Shown piece by piece: positions 56,536 through 64,000 of a stretch of 64,000 nt of DNA (positions are counted from its first letter, which is position 1; every line of letters starts with the position of its first letter). The notes beneath the pieces were generated by a model, which did not search any database, was not told where the DNA came from, and saw nothing but the letters and a program-made list of their open reading frames with translations. Origin of the DNA: the human T2T-CHM13v2.0 reference genome, Homo sapiens; NCBI RefSeq assembly GCF_009914755.1, contig NC_060942.1. One strand, written 5' to 3'. A program made the position numbers and the translations under genes.

Positions 56536-57952
56536 AATTTTTAATTGCATATTAAACAAATTAATGTATAAGCCTGCCTGAGGGGTAAGGAGTAGAAGGA
56601 AAAAAGAATGAACACAGGTGGTGAGACTATGGCTACAGGCTTTGTTATTAACTGAGTGCTACTGTGCAAATTAGGCTTTCTGTGCCTCAATATCCAAACC
56701 ATTAATGTAAGGGTTGTTAAGTTAGATTAGATATTCTTGTAGGCAACTTTCAATGCAAGTATTCTCTGACTATAGATATTCTCTCCCTCCCCCTTTTTCC
56801 CTCCTCCCCCATTTCTCCTCTGTTGACCTCTTTCTCCTTCCTATTTCCCTTCAAGATCCTGTTTCCTTTTTCTTATGTGTGTTGTTTTTATTCCAAGACT
56901 TTTACACAGGCTCTTTTATTTTCATCACCAGGCAATTTGTGCCAGCGAGTGTGATGCAAATATAGTTAGACAGGATTTTGGTTCTGACTGAATAAGAATT
57001 GCTCCACTTGAGTTTACAAAAAATACCCCCCAAAAACAAAAAACCACCACCCGGGCCCTCTAAACCAATTCTATTGAAAGTTTCTTGGCTTCTGAATTTA
57101 AAGAACAAGTTGTTCCTGTCGGAGATTCATTATAAAATGTTTGGTTCACCTCCTTCACCGTTAGTGACAAACACACAAAATGAATGCTCAGAGGAGTGTG
57201 CAAATCCGAACTGTCCTCCAGAGTAAGGACTCTCCCCTCTGCCGCTACATCAGTGAGCCCACGTTTACAATCTAAAAATTATCCTGAAGCCAAGTCTATC
57301 TAAGGACATGAATTAAGGATTCTCAGAAACTGAGTGTTTTCACATACACACACGTAGACACACACATGGCTTAGACAGTTCATGTCAAAATAGACTGAAA
57401 TTAGCAACTTGGACTTTTAAAATAGTCTCTCTTACTTACGGAAACAAGTGGCAGTGATGGGCTGCTGAAATTGGGAAGAATAAGAAAAACCACAAAAATG
57501 GAAGCATCTTAAACTTCCTTCTATCAGTCAGTGACAGAATAGGATTCAATTGCTTGAGGTGGCTAACGTACTATGGCCAAATGATGGGAATCAGATGTAG
57601 CTTCCCTTTTCTTGCCACTTTTATCAAGGAGATAGAAAATAAAATTGGAGCAAGTGGAATAAACAACGCTTTAGTCCCTGAAGCCCAAGATAGGTGAGGA
57701 ATTAAGAGCTCCTACTTCCCAGCTGAGTTACTCTCTAGGCAGTTAAGATTGTCAGGCCATAGCAGACACCGAAAAAGTCAGGGACCTATTATCCTAATAC
57801 AGGGAGTAAGGGTGTTAGTAACAATAATCCAATCTGACATAGAGAGTCAATTCTAGAAAATATAGGTGGGTGAGCTTCATGCTGATCCCAGGATTATTTA
57901 ATGGATGGTTCACAGGTACTTAGAAAACATTGGCTATAGGAAGCCAATACAA

Positions 57953-58261
<309 letters not shown>

Positions 58262-58389
58262 TAGGATTCTTTAAGAATAAGTCAAGTCAAGGTAATTCCA
58301 GATTTTTCTTACCCCCCTAGGTTTACTTAACAATGAAATAAAGGAAATGTACTTTATTTGGATTTTAGAAAGGCACTTTAAATTTTTTC

Positions 58390-58775
58390 CATGAATACTA
58401 CTCAGCCATAAAAAGGAATGAAATAATGGCATTCGCAGGAATCTGGATGGAAGTGGAGGCCATTATTCTAAGTGAAGTAACTGAAGAATGGAAAACCAAG
58501 CATCATATATTCTCACTTATAAGTGGGAGCTAAGCTATGAGGACGCAAAGGCATGAGAATGATATAATGGACTCTGGGGACTTGGGGAAAAGGGTGGGAG
58601 GCAGGTGAGGGATAAAAGACTACACACTGGGTACAGTGGACACTGCTTGGGTGTGCCAGAATCTCAGAAATCAAATAGCTTACTCATGTAACCAAACGCC
58701 ACCTGTTCCCCAAAAACTGTTGAAAAATATATTTTTAATATAGATATATATACTTACGTAGTATATACATATAAT
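58390..58775 (+). mobile_element. 5'-truncated L1PB-like 3' end
   Basis: L1PB 3'UTR (CTAAGCTATGAGGACGCAAAGGCAT). Diverged TSD ...TTCCATGA on both sides. Confidence 0.82.
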
Positions 58776-59557
58776 TCAAAAATTGATTCCATGATGTTCT
58801 TGAAGACAAGATGAAAAAATAACAGATCCTAAATAGTGTGGTTAAAGTTACAGGTGTTTATACAACTATTCTTAAATACTCCTGATGAATAGGTCATGTG
58901 TTTGCCTAGAAGGGGATCTTTCCAGCATGCTGCAGAGTTCTGCTTTTGGCTCTGTCTGAGCCACCATTTAATATCAGAGATTTGTGTGCAGCTAGAGATA
59001 TGAGAGAAGCAGCACAGACGGGAGTCACGGATGCAAACCAAAAGCTTAACATTCACCAGGAATAAATGGCAACTACTCTCCTTAGGCATGTGGAAAAACA
59101 ACATACCAAACAAACAGAAATCAAGTGCAAGATGAAGAACCCCATGGGAATGACTTGGGAGAATGAAGAAAACTTGAGAATTCTACTAGAAATCATAAGG
59201 ACTTGATTAAAGGGAAAATACTGCTAGTTCTTACACGGAAAGACTCAGTGTTATAGAGATGTCGAGTCTCTCTCAATTGATATATATTTTAATAAATGAG
59301 TTTAACTCATTCCTATTTTGGGAAATTACTGATGTATTTGGAAATCTTTCTTGAGGCTCTTTTGCTTAGGAAGAAATACGTAAGGGCTTCCAGGTCACTG
59401 GCAATGTTCTACTTGTGGGTCTGGATTATGGTGTCGGGGCATTTGCTTTATAATAATGTGTTACATTTCACATGTGTCTTATACCTTCCCAACCACAACC
59501 TCTTTCCTCTCCCCAGAGGCAGCCGCCATCCACATTTTTATAGTAATCAATTTCTAG

Positions 59558-60016
<459 letters not shown>

Positions 60017-61708
60017 TATTTCTGATTTTTGAATATGAAGAACATTGCTACTATGAACCTTCTTGTGTATGTGTCTTGGTGCATGGGTACTCAGGTTTCT
60101 CTTGGAGTTATATTCATATACATATACACACACACACCTAGGAGTAAAAGTGCTCAGCCACAGGATATGAGAATCTTCAACTTTAGCAGATAACATCCAA
60201 ACTGTTTTTCAAGGTGGACATAATATATACTTCCCCCAATAAATGTCTGATTCCTTTTTTTAAATTTATTTTTTAGTGACAGGGTCTTGTTCCATCATCC
60301 AGGCTGGAGTGCCAGAGCATTCTTATTCTTCCACATCATTGCCAACTCTTGGTATTGTCAGACTTCTAAATTTTAGCCACTGTAGTAAGCCTAATTATCT
60401 TTAAAATTGTCATGTGCGTACTTAAGTTTATACTCTCAGAAACCCTGAAACTAATCACCACATATTTTCCCTGAGACATGACAAGAACATTACATGATTT
60501 TATTTTCCACTGCTCCTGAAACCTTACACACACTCACCCATGTTATTATCCAGAGTTTTAGACCTAATTATTTTTTAAAATAATATTTTATAAGCAATGC
60601 TTATTATATGGTTTACTTTTTGTTTGTGTAGCATTACTTCTTCCATCCCTTTACTGTGTTCTGGGTTCATTTTCCTTCTTGATGGAGAATATTCTTTGGT
60701 AATTCTATCAGAGCAGGTCTGTGGGTGGTAAACTTTCTGAGTCTGGAAATGTTTTTATTTCATGAAAATAAGGTGTCATTTCATATCACTGGAGTGATAT
60801 GATGAATTACTTAAACAATTATGTTTTAAAATTAGATCCCCACTTCACACATATTTTTAGAAGGGTCCAGGATTAAAGTGTATACAATGACATTACAAAA
60901 ATTGACAGAATAAAATATGGATGATTGTTTATATATAATCTTGGAATAGGAATTCCTCCTCTATTATGACATAAAACCTCAAACCTCACCTTTTCAAAAA
61001 AACATCATGAAGTTAAAATACTATTGCAAACCTGGGAAAAAACAATTGCAATGCATATAGAAAGCAAATAATTTATTTTCTTAAAATACAAACAGGATTA
61101 AAAATCAATAGGTAAAACAAACAAAAAACCTACTAGAAAATTTGAATATAAAATTTACAGAAAAAGAAATACAAATTGTCAGCTGTATTTCAAGATAAAA
61201 ATACAAAATAAAATGAGATGTCATTTTCACCTACAGATTGGCAAACATTAAAAGGTTTTGTAGTTTCCAGTGTTAGCACCAGAGGAAGCATGATGTAAAG
61301 ACTCATTTTGTAACCTTTTTGAGAGATAATTTGGTAATACCTATCAATCTAAAACATGTGAACTTTTACTAAGTAATCAGACTTCCAGGAATTTATCCTA
61401 AGGATGTACTAACAAAACTACCCAAAGATGTATACAAATTAATCAATAAGATTTTGGTTAAGTCAATTAAGAAACATCTTCACAGGTAGAATACCTTTGC
61501 AGCCATTGGGAATATTAGCCTCCCAGAGTGACAGCAGCTTGTGAAGGAGGGACTATGATCAGCATTCCCATTTTACAGCTGAAGAGGCTAAGAAACTATG
61601 ACTCTTTTAATCAAATTGATACAAAACTAGGAAATGAAACTTAATATGTACTATTATTAGGTAGCAACTATCAAAGGGATATAAAAGAGTGAGCCATATC
61701 CATTACAT

Positions 61709-61780
61709 GGGAAGCGTGGCTGGGCGGCCTCAGGAAACTTAAAATCACGGTGGAAGGCAAAAGGGAAGCAAGCATGTCCT
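61709..61780 (-). mobile_element. Isolated internal MSTA/THE1D fragment within old L1M sequence
   Basis: GGAAGCGTGGCTGGGCGGCCTCAGGAAACTTAAAATCACGGTGGAAGGCAAAAGGGAAGCA matches the middle of a MaLR LTR. No LTR termini. Confidence 0.75.
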
Positions 61781-62469
61781 TGCTTCTATACGTCCTAATA
61801 TGTCCTAACATGAAAAGATATCCACGTTACTAAGTTAAAAAGAAAAAGTGCAATAAAAAAGTAGAGTGTGATCCTTTTTGTTTAAAAAAATACTATATAT
61901 GCTTATGTATACAGAAACCTTCTGGAAAGATAAAAAATAACTAACAATGATAACTTCTAGAAAGTAGGCCTGGTGGTGGAGGTGGAAACCTAACATTCAT
62001 TTTACATTCTACTCTACTGTTTGAACTATTTCACCATATACACTCATTTTGAAAAGGCGGTTTTAGTTAAATGAAAGCTTGGTTTGGTCCCACCATGTAA
62101 CCTGATTTCCCCAAAACTTAATGTTATTTCCACCTATATTATTAGATTACAGCATCCACAAAATAAAATAATTACATCCTTTCTGGTGGGAGTTGGAAGC
62201 AGACTGAATATCCTTCCTGACAACTGGAATATCCCATAGATGGCAGACCCTGCCTCATAAGCTAGGGAGTTTCCACTATTTTCACAGGCTCCACAACCTT
62301 AAGACAAGGATAACAGAGAAAGGACTTTTTATTTGTGTAGGAGACTAAACAATCCTTAAGATTTTTTCAACTCTATGACGCTATAACTCTAATATTTACA
62401 AAAATGCGTTTAACATTCAGGATTTTGGAAATGTATCTACTCTATAAGACTTCTAGGGTCAGTCAAAAT

Positions 62470-63650
62470 GACACAGGAGCCAATTTCAAAGGGCTCTCAC
62501 TGGTCAAAGGTGGAGCATTTATTCATCAAAAAGAAAAATAAATGCAAGGGTTTCAAACACATAAAACCTATGCAATTCCCACAGGCCTATAATAATAAAA
62601 AGTAAAAGCATCATTGGTCATCTTTGGAGATTGCTCGGGTATCAACTCATTATACTGAGAATGGATAAATATGAAGGGAATCAAGCATTTATTCTGTCTT
62701 TCAAGATTTATCCTGATTTTCAGGGAAAGCAAAGAGTTTATGAGGAAAATTCTCCTTTATAAATGAATCATAGCTAATTATTGCAGGAACAACAGAATTA
62801 GAAAAATCAAAATTTTCAACCTTAAGAAAATGGTAGATATAGGCACTGCTCATTAATGGTTGCTAAAAATCATTCAGGTGAAAGGCATATAGGGAACCCC
62901 AGAATGGATGAGGATCCAGCTTCACCTGAACCTACTGATCAACCTCAGCATTGCTAAGTGGGACATCCAGTCATTAAGTGCATTCCGGGTACGATGTGAT
63001 AGGGGAACACAGACCACTTCCCAGGAAGTATTCTTGCCCCTCCCCCAAATTGAGCCTAAAAATTGGAATTAAGCCTAATTCCAATCAAGTTTTAGATCCA
63101 CCCAAGAAATACAGGAGGTAGTGGCACATGGTCAGCAATACCACAAAGATGCAGTCAGTCAAGGCCTCAACGTGGGAAATTCTAAACTGCACAATAAATT
63201 ACCCAGTTTACTAAAAAAATAAGTGGCATACACAAAAAGAGGGAACTGCTGTGCGTTAAAAGAGACATGATAGCAAAATGCAATGTACAGACCTTATTTG
63301 GATCCTGAGTTGAACATACCAACTATGAAAGACATTTTTTTCAACAGTCAGGAATACTTGAACATGAACTTTTAGATGATGTTGAGGAATGATTGTAAAT
63401 GTTGTTGGTTGTGACATAGTTTCAGGGTTAAGTGTTTTTAAGTTCTTATCTCTTACAGATACACATTGTATTTATAGATGAAAGTATTTATAGATGAAAT
63501 CTGATGTTTGAGATTTACTTTAAAATAATTCATTAAACATGTTGCAAAGAGTGCATAAAAAGAACAGGAGGCTGATGTTTTCGTACAGGGGATGGGGGGC
63601 TCTGCTGTCATGTGTTTTTGAAATTTTTCATAATAAAAATTTTAAAGATA
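62470..63650 (+). mobile_element. L1MC-like (L1MC4-type) 3'UTR
   Basis: Remembered L1MC 3' motifs, ending TTGAAATTTTTCATAATAAAAA. Confidence 0.7.
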
Positions 63651-64000
63651 AAAAAGACAGCCTATTCATGTAAAGCATCTCATATTGCACCTAGGAGGCA
63701 CTCAACGTATTCGCTATAATCATAGTAACAGCACAGAAAAATATTCTACTAATTTTTACTGACAAAGTTAATAAAAGACATTGAAATTGATCATTATGAT
63801 ATGATTTTGTTAGTACAGACCTTAACTGGGGAGACGGACTGGATCAAGTAAAGGCTCTGACTCTCACTTTAACGTATTTACTCAATGTCTCAAATACTGC
63901 ATATGAATAAGTTCTTGGACTATGAACAATAAACTTTTAAAAATAAAATTCTGAAGCTAGCAGCTTAAGTTTTTTGGTTTAATATTTCTAGATGACAGTG

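Noticed and set aside
62233-62246. CTCF-like CCCATAGATGGCAG (and a weaker one at ~55622-55637)
   Set aside because: Mismatches at informative core positions. Cannot be supported without PWM scoring or ChIP data.
63469-63500. Tandem TATTTATAGATGAAA x2
   Set aside because: Ordinary short tandem duplication within an old L1.

Overview
Primate (most likely human) repeat-rich non-coding DNA. There is no intact protein-coding gene, RNA gene or CRISPR array that I can support. Most ORFs in the track are Alu, L1 or random frames. The recognisable content is: a full-length processed RPLP0 pseudogene with its TSD (5566-6622); about 13 Alu elements or monomers; many MaLR, ERVL and ERV1 LTR relics; DNA-transposon fossils (Tigger3, MER58, MER30, MADE1); a CR1/L3 RT relic; and an L1PA6-like element with both ends intact whose ORF2 lost the whole RT domain through an in-frame, microhomology-flanked deletion. 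I did not find a new biological system. The most unusual signals are three DNA-repair-like templated-insertion scars. The clearest is a ~335 bp mosaic at 52338-52676, which includes a 218 bp inverted copy (4 mismatches) of a neighbouring Alu 3' half plus its flank, several micro-copies and a 56 bp palindrome. Repeat subfamily names come from remembered consensus sequences and need RepeatMasker/Dfam confirmation.
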